Positions 48,354-57,018 of a stretch of 64,000 bases of DNA are shown one piece after another (positions within the stretch are counted from its first letter, which is position 1; every line of letters starts with the position of its first letter). The notes beneath the pieces were generated by a model, which had not been told where the DNA came from, ran no database searches, and saw nothing but the letters and a program-made list of their open reading frames with translations. This stretch comes from Candidatus Micrarchaeota archaeon (lineage in GTDB: Archaea; Iainarchaeota; Iainarchaeia; JAADDC01): NCBI GenBank assembly GCA_027046625.1, contig JALTXX010000003.1, positions 10,378-74,377 of the forward strand, read 5' to 3'. The position numbers and the translations under genes were made by a program.

Positions 48354-50945
48354 ATGAAGGCAACCCTATCAGAGTTAGAGCATATAGCCGATGAGGCAGG
48401 CAAGCTCTATGAAAAGGGAATGGAAGCATTTAAGGAAAAGTTAATGGAGTATGGCTTCAGGGAAGAAGATGCAGAAAGATTATACTATATAGAGGATATG
48501 ATGAGGCGACCTCACAAAAAAATAGCCAGCACTTATCCAAGATCCTACCTAGAGAGGTTCAGAAGGTTATACTACTATCTAACTCTTCTGAGAAGTAGAG
48601 GAGAACTCCCAGAGGACAAGGATTATCTTGGAGGTAACGAGCTTGCCCAGACCATTCTGAAAAACGCTTACTATCTTAAAACACCAGAGGGGATATACAT
48701 AGATAGGAGACCGGAGGACCTGTTCACGCGGGTAGCTGCATTTATAGCCTCTGTTGAAGAGGATGAGGAGAAGGCACGTTATTGGGCAACGAAGTTCTAC
48801 AGACTGATGTTTGATGGGGTTTTGTCTCCGGCCGGTAGGGTACGAGCGGGTGCTGGGGATTTGTACCGACTCAAGACTTTATCTAACTGCTACTTCTTAC
48901 AGATAGAAGAGGACTCCATAGAGGGAATATGGAAAACATCCTACCAGATGGCACGCACTTATTCCTATGGAGGTGGTGTAGGAACAGATGTAACACCTCT
49001 TAGGCCTAAAAACGCAATTGTACACAACGCATCAAATACCTCAACCGGTCCCACATCCTTTATGTACCTATACTCTCTCACAACTGGTATTATAGGCCAG
49101 GAGGGTAGAAGAGGAGCCCTCATGATAACAATAGATGTAAAACACCCAGATGTTTTGCACTTTATACGTGTAAAGAGGGATCCTGATTGGTGGACCAACA
49201 TGATTATGGATGAAATGAGATACTCAGGCAAGTTTACGGAGGAGCAACTGAAGGAAATTGAGCGTATTGTGGTAAACAATATCCAAATGAGATTCACAAA
49301 TATCTCAGTGAAGTTTACGGACGAGTTCTTTATGGCGTTAGAGGAAGAGGACAAATATGGAGGGAACAAAATCCTTGTGTATGAAAAGCTTGATGGAACT
49401 GTCGTTATGGACGCCTATCAAGACAAAGACATCCACTATTCCCATGGTATTCCATCCAAGGAGCCGGAGAGATATAAGCTGGTGGGAGTCTACGATAGCG
49501 TGGAGGGCTTGAAAGAGCTGGGTATAAGTATTACAGAAGAGGATCTTAAAGATCCCTATAAAAGAGATATCTACGGAGACCTGCCCGTAAAGGTAAATAA
49601 CACCCTCTATGCTATAAGATATGCCGGTGATTTTCTGTTATATTACGGATCACCCAATGTTGGTACCATAAAACGTATAGTAAAGGCTAGAAAGATATGG
49701 AACGCCTTTGTAGAGTCTAATTGGAGATCTGCAGAGCCAGGCCTCATATTCTGGAGCCAAATGGTGAAGTATTCCCCTTCAAACTATGTAGGAGCTCCCA
49801 TAATGGGAACCAACCCCTGTGGTGAGGTTCCCCTAGAGCATGGAGGAGCCTGTGTGCTATCATCGCTAAACCTTCTATCCTTTGTGGATAACCCCCTCAC
49901 GGAGAAGGCTTCCTTTAACTGGGAGAGATTTGTGGATGCGGTACATACCATTGTAAGGTTCCTGGACGATGTTGTGCAGTGGAATGTATACATGCATCCC
50001 CTCGAGGATCAGAGAAGTGCCATGGAAAGACTAAGAAGGATAGGAGCAGGCATAATGGGATTGGCTGATATGCTTATAGCAATGGGAACGGAATACGACA
50101 GCGAAGAGGCTATATCTATGATAGAAAAGGTGATGTCTGTTTATGCCAATGAGGCCTATAGATATTCCTCCCTCCTAGCTGAAGAGAAGGGACCGTTCCC
50201 CCTGTGGAACTTCCAATCCTATTCAAGGAACCCCTTCTACAGGGAAGTGCTCTGGGATGATGTAAAGGCCTCTATAGAGGAAAGAGGGCTGAGGAATGTA
50301 ACCCTTTTGTCTGTGGCACCTACAGGCAATACATCCAATTCTACCTTAGCCCTCCGGCTAAATGGAAAAAACTATGTTGGTGTGTCTTCTGGAATAGAAC
50401 CGGTATTTGCCCTGTACTATACGAGAAGAACAGAGGCAGTAGATACCAAAGTGTATAGAGTATTCCACCCCATAGCTCAGGCGTATCTTGATATGCACGA
50501 TTTGTCAGAGGCAGCCCAAGCTGCAAAGGAGGATGAACTAAGAAACATCCTACCCCCGTACTTCTTCAGAACGGCTCACGTGATAGATCCTCTTATGAGG
50601 GTGAGAATACAGGCAACTGTTCAGAGATACGTTGATGGTTCCATCTCCTCTACTGTTAACCTACCAGAGGATATACACCCAGAAACGGTAGGAAAAATAT
50701 ACAGGGAGGCGTGGAAACAACGATTGAAAGGAATAACCGTATACAGGGAAGGCTCCAGATTTGAGATACTCAAAGCAGAGGGGCAAAGAACAGAGTTCCA
50801 GGCATACAAGGACAAAGTGTTTAAGATATATGATGGAGATAGGGTGCTTACATTAAAGGGAGGAGACGTGATAGAGCTGCCAGATGGCAGACTCTCCACC
50901 GTTTACCATGCAATAAAGGAGGGGATATTACGACCGAGGAGCTAA
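48354..50945 (+). CDS. nrdJ: Class II (adenosylcobalamin-dependent) ribonucleotide reductase, catalytic part
   Basis: LSNCY, GGGVG, RRGALM, AEPG, TNPCGE, ACVLSSLNL, VAPTG, SSGIEP, KGITVYREGSR. Confidence 0.95.
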   Translation: MKATLSELEHIADEAGKLYEKGMEAFKEKLMEYGFREEDAERLYYIEDMMRRPHKKIASTYPRSYLERFRRLYYYLTLLRSRGELPEDKDYLGGNELAQTILKNAYYLKTPEGIYIDRRPEDLFTRVAAFIASVEEDEEKARYWATKFYRLMFDGVLSPAGRVRAGAGDLYRLKTLSNCYFLQIEEDSIEGIWKTSYQMARTYSYGGGVGTDVTPLRPKNAIVHNASNTSTGPTSFMYLYSLTTGIIGQEGRRGALMITIDVKHPDVLHFIRVKRDPDWWTNMIMDEMRYSGKFTEEQLKEIERIVVNNIQMRFTNISVKFTDEFFMALEEEDKYGGNKILVYEKLDGTVVMDAYQDKDIHYSHGIPSKEPERYKLVGVYDSVEGLKELGISITEEDLKDPYKRDIYGDLPVKVNNTLYAIRYAGDFLLYYGSPNVGTIKRIVKARKIWNAFVESNWRSAEPGLIFWSQMVKYSPSNYVGAPIMGTNPCGEVPLEHGGACVLSSLNLLSFVDNPLTEKASFNWERFVDAVHTIVRFLDDVVQWNVYMHPLEDQRSAMERLRRIGAGIMGLADMLIAMGTEYDSEEAISMIEKVMSVYANEAYRYSSLLAEEKGPFPLWNFQSYSRNPFYREVLWDDVKASIEERGLRNVTLLSVAPTGNTSNSTLALRLNGKNYVGVSSGIEPVFALYYTRRTEAVDTKVYRVFHPIAQAYLDMHDLSEAAQAAKEDELRNILPPYFFRTAHVIDPLMRVRIQATVQRYVDGSISSTVNLPEDIHPETVGKIYREAWKQRLKGITVYREGSRFEILKAEGQRTEFQAYKDKVFKIYDGDRVLTLKGGDVIELPDGRLSTVYHAIKEGILRPRS

Positions 50946-51493
50946 TACCACGTCTAAGAACGAAGAATCCCTTCTTTGAGGAGGTCAGAAAGGAAACGTT
51001 CACTCCACTACTTGAGATACCCCGATCTACCGAGGCAAAATCTTACAATATAGATAACACTCACATTCTCGTACTTTATGAAGTCAAGGATAACTTCCCC
51101 ATCATATATTCCATTATCATACATGCAAAAAATCCTGAAAAATTAGGAGAACTGAATGTTGTGAGCTCCCTTCTGTCCCTCCTCCTTAGAGCCAGAGTAG
51201 ATTATGCTGTCATACTTTCTTCTTTGCGGGATACGGGAGTGGAGTTCTATAACAGACTGGCAGACGTTATACAGGAATTTCTCTCTGAGTATGGAGTAAT
51301 GGAACCCCCGAGAAGGGATGTTACCAAACAGGAAACCATACTTACCTTTACTCTCTCTGCAGAGAAAAAGGAGATAAAGGGCGATGGTGAGCTGTCTGTG
51401 TGTCCTGTGTGCGGGGAGCGCACACTTGTAGTGGAAAACGGATGTTACACTTGTATAAACCCAGAGTGTGGTTGGAGCAAATGTGAGGTTTAG
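50930..51493 (+). CDS. NrdJb-like C-terminal part of class II RNR with Cys-rich tail; probable non-canonical ACG start
   Basis: Frame open from 50843. Ends CPVCG...ENGCYTC..CGWSKC, like NrdJ C-termini. AGGAGG places ACG at the spacing seen for other genes here. The ORF track starts it at GTG 51161. Confidence 0.7.
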   Translation, partial: TTEELIPRLRTKNPFFEEVRKETFTPLLEIPRSTEAKSYNIDNTHILVLYEVKDNFPIIYSIIIHAKNPEKLGELNVVSSLLSLLLRARVDYAVILSSLRDTGVEFYNRLADVIQEFLSEYGVMEPPRRDVTKQETILTFTLSAEKKEIKGDGELSVCPVCGERTLVVENGCYTCINPECGWSKCEV

Positions 51494-52548
51494 CGGGTAA
51501 CCTGCTTTACTATATCAAGTATTTCGGGGTGTTTTTCTGTGTATTTTCTAACGGGTTCTAGCTTATCTATTAGGTATTCAGCTACAGCGTTTTTAAGATC
51601 AAGAGGATGCAGCCTACCTTCCTTGTAATCTTTTTCCAAATCCCTATATGAGTAGTATGTAACCTCTCCTCCATACTTCTTTGGCCTCTCTATGGTGAGG
51701 GTGTGCCCCTCCCTTCTAAGAATGATGTGCTTTACAATATCTATGATGGGGTTGTTTTCCGTCTTCTTTTCTGGGCAGTAAGCCCCTCTAACTTTCCTTC
51801 TTATGCTTTCAGGATCGTCTGTAACAAAGATGGCCGAGTCCGGAACACTCTTACTCATCTTAAACTCCATCATTACATCTTCAGAGCTGTAGTCCATTCT
51901 TCCATCTACCTTTAACCCCATGAGAAGATGGTGATGGATAAGTACGGGTTTCTTCCATCCAAAGGATGGGGCTATCTCTCTGTACATTACGTTCACCCTT
52001 CTCTGATCCATTCCAAGCTGGCATATATCTACATCTAGCATTTTTATGTCTGTTGCTTGCATGAGAGGATATATGAGAAAGGCAGCATGCTGCATTTCAG
52101 TCTCCTTTCTACCCATAATGGGAGCTGCACGCTTAATTCTTGATATTGTCAGCTTCTTTGAAATTTTTAGAAGTGTTTCCCAGTATTCCATATCTTCTAC
52201 TAGATCGGATGCCCACACTACTCTTGGATGCCATCCAAGAAGGTTCCATACTTTTACGAAAAACTCCCCCGCTTTCTGAATCCTTTCCATATCACCTCCA
52301 AGCTTGTTGTTTAAAAACGCATGCCAATCGGCTATCAACACTATAAAATCTATGCCAGCTTTCTCCAAATCCTTTCCATATTCAGCCCTCATCAGTCCGG
52401 TTCCTATATGTGGTATCCCGGATGGTTCAAAACCGTCATATGCCTTTACTGTTCTCTTCTCCTCTAATAGAGATGATAGTTCTTCCTTGGTTACTATCTC
52501 CTCTGCTGGGGATGATGTTATAAGAGACAGTCGCTCCTCTATATCCAT
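51490..52548 (-). CDS. tyrS: Tyrosyl-tRNA synthetase
   Basis: YDGFEPSGIPHIG, YPLMQATD, GMDQR, KMSKS, LHPLDLK. Confidence 0.97.
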   Translation of the reverse strand: MDIEERLSLITSSPAEEIVTKEELSSLLEEKRTVKAYDGFEPSGIPHIGTGLMRAEYGKDLEKAGIDFIVLIADWHAFLNNKLGGDMERIQKAGEFFVKVWNLLGWHPRVVWASDLVEDMEYWETLLKISKKLTISRIKRAAPIMGRKETEMQHAAFLIYPLMQATDIKMLDVDICQLGMDQRRVNVMYREIAPSFGWKKPVLIHHHLLMGLKVDGRMDYSSEDVMMEFKMSKSVPDSAIFVTDDPESIRRKVRGAYCPEKKTENNPIIDIVKHIILRREGHTLTIERPKKYGGEVTYYSYRDLEKDYKEGRLHPLDLKNAVAEYLIDKLEPVRKYTEKHPEILDIVKQVTR

Positions 52549-52574
52549 GGTATACTACGAAACGAAAACCCTTT

Positions 52575-53747
52575 TTATTCATACCTTAGAGCCTCTGAGG
52601 GAGGAAGGCTAGCTGCCCACTTTGCAGGTAAATAGCCAGCCACAATCCCCAATAGTACAGAAAACACCAGAGAACCAAGAATAAGATCCAAACCCATATA
52701 AACTCTAAACATAGTGGCACCGGCGCTGGCTGCTATCTTTTCTACTCCAGTTACAATAATACCTCCTAGCAGGATACCTATTATTCCCCCTATTAACCCA
52801 AGAGCAGCCGCTTCAGATAGTATTATAAGCATTATCTGGCCATCTGAGGCTCCTATGGCCTTCATAACCCCAATTTCTTTAATTCTCTCAGAAACACTCA
52901 TGTAGATCGTGTTCATAATGCCTATGGTGCCCACAAATAGGGATATGGCAGCAATAAGAAGCAAAATGGCATTTACCACGTTTGTTATGAGGGATATCCT
53001 TTCGTATAGCTGTTTGGTGGTGAGTACAGAAAAGGTGTTCTTTCCCCTAGCCTTTTCCAACGCTCTTTCCACCTTTTTAGATACCCTTTCTACATCTCCG
53101 GAGACATCTAATATTATCATATCGTAGCTGCCTTTGCTTTTACCTATAGACTCTAGGTACTCTTCTGGGATAATAACAGCGGTGTCATCCATTCTATTCC
53201 CGACACTCTTCATAATTCCGGAAACACGGAACCTTTCCCCGTTAAGTGTAATGTAATCACCCACTCCTATACCCTTTAGATGCTGGGAAGCTAGCAAGTT
53301 TCCTAGTACTACTTCCTTTCCTCTTGGAATTCTTCCTCTTTCAAGTTCAAAGGTGCCATCAAATAGGATCTTTAACTGTTTCTTTGGAATAGCCTCCAAT
53401 GTGGTTATAAGAGTATTATCCCTGTAACTGACCCTCACCGATGTGGTAGCAAGAGGTATTACGTGTTTAATACCAGAAATCCGCTCTAGTGTCTTGATAT
53501 CTTTTTCTCTGAAGTCTTCTCCTATGAATGCTCCAAAAAGGGTGGTTTCAGTGCCACCGGGGAGGATGATTATCCTGCTGTATCCGAACTTTTCAAACTG
53601 TTGCTCTATAAACTTTTGTGTACCAATAGATAGGGATACAAGAGAAAATACGGTTGCTACACCTATTACTATACCAACTACAGTAAGGAAGCTACGTATT
53701 TTCTCTCGTCTAAGGTTTCTTATCCCTATTAGAACGAGATCTAGCAC
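52575..53747 (-). CDS. ABC transporter permease (MacB/FtsX family)
   Basis: RSFLTVVGIVIG, GIMNT..SVSER.KEIGVMKAIGA, YLPA..A...P.EALRYE. Confidence 0.93.
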   Translation of the reverse strand: MLDLVLIGIRNLRREKIRSFLTVVGIVIGVATVFSLVSLSIGTQKFIEQQFEKFGYSRIIILPGGTETTLFGAFIGEDFREKDIKTLERISGIKHVIPLATTSVRVSYRDNTLITTLEAIPKKQLKILFDGTFELERGRIPRGKEVVLGNLLASQHLKGIGVGDYITLNGERFRVSGIMKSVGNRMDDTAVIIPEEYLESIGKSKGSYDMIILDVSGDVERVSKKVERALEKARGKNTFSVLTTKQLYERISLITNVVNAILLLIAAISLFVGTIGIMNTIYMSVSERIKEIGVMKAIGASDGQIMLIILSEAAALGLIGGIIGILLGGIIVTGVEKIAASAGATMFRVYMGLDLILGSLVFSVLLGIVAGYLPAKWAASLPPSEALRYE

Positions 53748-54903
53748 GTTTCCACCACCAGAGGCCCGCCAAAAGCAGTATGAATACCAACCAAGGCGTT
53801 AAGGAAATAGGGATGCTCACCTCCCTTTCTACAAACCTATCCCCGTACTCCACTCTTATGATGTTTTTTCCGCTGAGTGGGATAAAAACGCTCTCTCCAA
53901 CTCCTATAACATCAACTACCCTAAATAGTTTCCCGTTAACATAGATTTTTACATTCTGGGTATCCATACTCCCAACGTTTACTATCTCTACCCCACCCTC
54001 TCTTTCTATAATGGATATCTCGGGCTCCTTTCTCACAAGGAACGAAAATCTCCACGAGCTATTTACATCCCCCTCTGTACGGAGAGAGAACTCCGCACTA
54101 TCCTCGTCTGTAACCATAAACTTTAGTGGAAGAGTGATGGATCCTCTAGGATCCAAAGTTACCAGTAACTCCTTCCTTCCTTCCATGGGAAGATCAGACC
54201 TTATGGTTAGAAGGAAAGTTAGGGGAATATCTAGCGAGTTTTCCAACCTTAGATTTACCTCAAGGGCGGAGAATGGTACAGGATTGTTGGCCGATGCAGA
54301 AACCCTTAATGAGGTGGTATCTTTACATAAGATAAGGAAATTCTTTTCATAGTCGTCTATTCTTACCCTGAATAGTTCTAATCCATTTTCACATATAGGA
54401 ACAGCCTTTACTTTTACCTTTACATTATCAAGCTTTCCAGAGTACACAGGTGTTTCCAGGGAGGGATTTACGTAGACCGTCCCTTCTTTGCCGGGCCATT
54501 TGACGTGTAGCTCAAGGGTAGAAATCCTCCCCCTGTAGATATCCCCAGAAAGGGATATGTAGGGATTGGTATCCACCTTTAGCTCTATAATGAGGGGTTC
54601 CTTATAGTAGGATCCGTTCTCATCGTATGAGATGTATGTCTGGATTCGGTAGATACCAGGTTTTGTATCATTGGACAGTCTAAGCGGTATTCTATAAGAT
54701 GCGGTGCCCATTACATCCCCTATTTCAATTCTCCTTTCTTCCAACAAACCGGGTGGTATTTTTATTTCTACGTTTGAGGCATTTCCTGAGAGAGATAAGA
54801 TGATATCAAACCTATCTCCAGGACTTATGATGGCCGGAACGGTGAATACGTTTACCTCTAGCGCCATTGCTAGGGGAATCAAGAGCAATGCGATCCACCT
54901 CAT
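53710..54903 (-). CDS. Secreted S-layer-domain-like (COG1361-type) protein with C-terminal TM anchor
   Basis: Signal peptide, PGD..PGIY beta repeats and C-terminal TM. Lies between the ABC ATPase and the permease. Confidence 0.7.
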   Translation of the reverse strand: MRWIALLLIPLAMALEVNVFTVPAIISPGDRFDIILSLSGNASNVEIKIPPGLLEERRIEIGDVMGTASYRIPLRLSNDTKPGIYRIQTYISYDENGSYYKEPLIIELKVDTNPYISLSGDIYRGRISTLELHVKWPGKEGTVYVNPSLETPVYSGKLDNVKVKVKAVPICENGLELFRVRIDDYEKNFLILCKDTTSLRVSASANNPVPFSALEVNLRLENSLDIPLTFLLTIRSDLPMEGRKELLVTLDPRGSITLPLKFMVTDEDSAEFSLRTEGDVNSSWRFSFLVRKEPEISIIEREGGVEIVNVGSMDTQNVKIYVNGKLFRVVDVIGVGESVFIPLSGKNIIRVEYGDRFVEREVSIPISLTPWLVFILLLAGLWWWKRARSRSNRDKKP

Positions 54904-55550
54904 ACAATTTCACCATCCTTTATGTGTACTATTCTCTCCGCCATGGAAGCAACCTCTGGATCATGGGTTACTACAATAAGTGTAACACCCTTCCTATTAA
55001 ACGACTTTAGTAGCTCCATGACCATCTTTCCATTTTTGCTGTCAAGGTTGCCTGTGGGTTCATCTGCAAGGATTAGCTTTGGATTATTTGCTAGAGCCCT
55101 AGCGATTGCTACCCTTTGTTTTTCTCCCCCTGATAGCTTTGTGGGAAGGGAGAAGAGTTTATCCTCCAGACCTACCTCTTTTAGTAGTGATACTGCCCTT
55201 TCTTCCCTTTCTTTAGAAGGTATACCATCAAACACCATGGGTAGCTCCACATTTTCTCTGACTGTTAGGGAAGGTATGAGGTGGAAGGCCTGAAAAACGA
55301 ATCCTATTAACCTCCTCCTTAGTATTGTTCTGTCCTTTTCCTCCAACTCCTCCACATTATAACCCCCAATGTTAACTCTTCCCCTATCTGGTGTATCCAA
55401 CAGTCCTATGATATTTAGGAGGGTGGACTTGCCCGATCCCGACGGACCCATAATGGCTACAAACTCCCCCTCTTCAACGGATAGTGTTACCCCTCTGAGG
55501 GCTGGTTCCCTCCCATAGAACTTCCAAACATCCTCCAACTCTACCATCAT
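54900..55550 (-). CDS. ABC transporter ATP-binding protein (LolD/MacB-type)
   Basis: [33 protein letters not shown]. Confidence 0.95.
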   Translation of the reverse strand: MMVELEDVWKFYGREPALRGVTLSVEEGEFVAIMGPSGSGKSTLLNIIGLLDTPDRGRVNIGGYNVEELEEKDRTILRRRLIGFVFQAFHLIPSLTVRENVELPMVFDGIPSKEREERAVSLLKEVGLEDKLFSLPTKLSGGEKQRVAIARALANNPKLILADEPTGNLDSKNGKMVMELLKSFNRKGVTLIVVTHDPEVASMAERIVHIKDGEIV

Positions 55551-56518
55551 AGCTCTTTCCCCAGTGATAATAGTTGGGCCAGAAGCGACTCCAGCTGAAT
55601 CCTCTCGTTGGCTCCCTCTACTAGCCTAAATTCATATTCTCCTATAATGTCAACCAGCTTTACCTTCTGCCTATCTGAAATATCCAAAGAAAACACCTCC
55701 CTGTGCATCTGTCTTATAATATCCTCCCCGCTCATCCCATAATCTATCATAAGCTTGTTAAGCATCTCTCTAGCCTTGAAGAAATCCCCTTTTATAGCGT
55801 AGGACATCATGTCCCTCATCTCCTTTGGTTTCGCCCTAGCTGCCACCTTGTATACCAACTCCTCATCTATGGTATCGGATATGGCAGCCGTTGCCTGGAG
55901 GGTGTTTATAGCCCTTCTCATATCTCCTTCTGAAATGTAGACAAGTGCGTTGAGTGCTTCCTCAGTTATTTTTAGCCCCTCGTTATCGGCAATATATTTT
56001 AACCTCTCCTTTATCTGATCCTCTGATAGAGGTTTAAACCTGAAAAGAGCACACCTTGATTGGATGGGCTCTATGATTTTTGAGGAGTAGTTACAAGAGA
56101 GTATGAATCTTGCCGTTGATGCATACTTTTCCATAGTTCTTCTCAATGCGTTCTGGGCATCTGCTGTGAGGGCATCTGCCTCGTCAAGGAATATAATCTT
56201 AAACCTAGCCCCTCCCATGGGAAGGGTACGAGCAAACTCCTTTATAGTCTCTCTAACCACGTTTATACCTCTATCATCAGAAGCATTCAATTCCAAGAAA
56301 TTTTGTTGAAACGAATCTCCAAATATCTCTCTTGCTAGGGCTATAGCAGCTGTGGTCTTTCCTGTACCTGGGGGACCGGCAAATAGCAGGTTGGGCATCT
56401 CCTTCTTTTCAGCATAGGCTTTCAGCCTTTCTACTATCTCCTCTTGTCCTATCATCTCATCCAAGGATTTTGGCCTGTATTTTTCCACCCATGGGAGGTG
56501 TTCCTCCATGACCCTCAC
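55547..56518 (-). CDS. rfcS: Replication factor C small subunit
   Basis: [34 protein letters not shown]. No intein. Confidence 0.97.
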   Translation of the reverse strand: MRVMEEHLPWVEKYRPKSLDEMIGQEEIVERLKAYAEKKEMPNLLFAGPPGTGKTTAAIALAREIFGDSFQQNFLELNASDDRGINVVRETIKEFARTLPMGGARFKIIFLDEADALTADAQNALRRTMEKYASTARFILSCNYSSKIIEPIQSRCALFRFKPLSEDQIKERLKYIADNEGLKITEEALNALVYISEGDMRRAINTLQATAAISDTIDEELVYKVAARAKPKEMRDMMSYAIKGDFFKAREMLNKLMIDYGMSGEDIIRQMHREVFSLDISDRQKVKLVDIIGEYEFRLVEGANERIQLESLLAQLLSLGKEL

Positions 56519-56550
56519 CCTTTTATTGCCATCGTTTCCATCCTTTATGG

Positions 56551-57012
56551 ATGGACAGAAGGATAGTTAAAGGGATACTCTACTATGGAGGCGCGGTGGT
56601 ATTATCCCTCCTTTTTGCTTACGTTACATACTATATACTTTCTTTTATATGGCCCCTAGTATACCCTGAAAGTGCAAAGTACCTCCCCTACACCAGCCCC
56701 TTTGAAACACCTGTGCACTGGGTAGTTCCACCTGCCGTGGCCCTCTTCATTCTCTATATGTTTCCCTACATAGAGGGCTCCTTGAGACCAGAGTCTATTA
56801 CAACACTGATATTCCTGCTATTTCTTGTATTTTTCTCCTACTATGTTGGTGTTATAGGCTTTTACTTTTATGCATACGGAAATATTACCCTAGTAAACAT
56901 GATTTTCCAGTATTTTCTTTATGTGCCCTACTGGGGTGCCGTTGGAGGTGTATTGGGTGCGTGGGTTGCAGCAAGGTTTTTAAAGAGATGGCAGCACCCA
57001 ATTCATTCATGA
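56551..57012 (+). CDS. Hypothetical four-TM membrane protein
   Basis: Hydrophobic ORF upstream of ileS. Confidence 0.65.
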   Translation: MDRRIVKGILYYGGAVVLSLLFAYVTYYILSFIWPLVYPESAKYLPYTSPFETPVHWVVPPAVALFILYMFPYIEGSLRPESITTLIFLLFLVFFSYYVGVIGFYFYAYGNITLVNMIFQYFLYVPYWGAVGGVLGAWVAARFLKRWQHPIHS

Positions 57013-57018
57013 GGAGGG

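Noticed and set aside
50855-50861. A AAG GGA heptamer as a -1 frameshift fusing the RNR parts
   Set aside because: It fits XXXYYYZ only with Y=G, and no clear stimulatory structure follows. The shifted peptide (GRRRDRAARWQ) looks non-native while the 0 frame continues plausibly. An SD-led restart fits better, though frameshifting is not fully excluded.
48354-56518. Inteins in RNR or the RFC small subunit
   Set aside because: Motifs at the usual insertion sites (TNPCGE, GKTT, LSCN) are uninterrupted.
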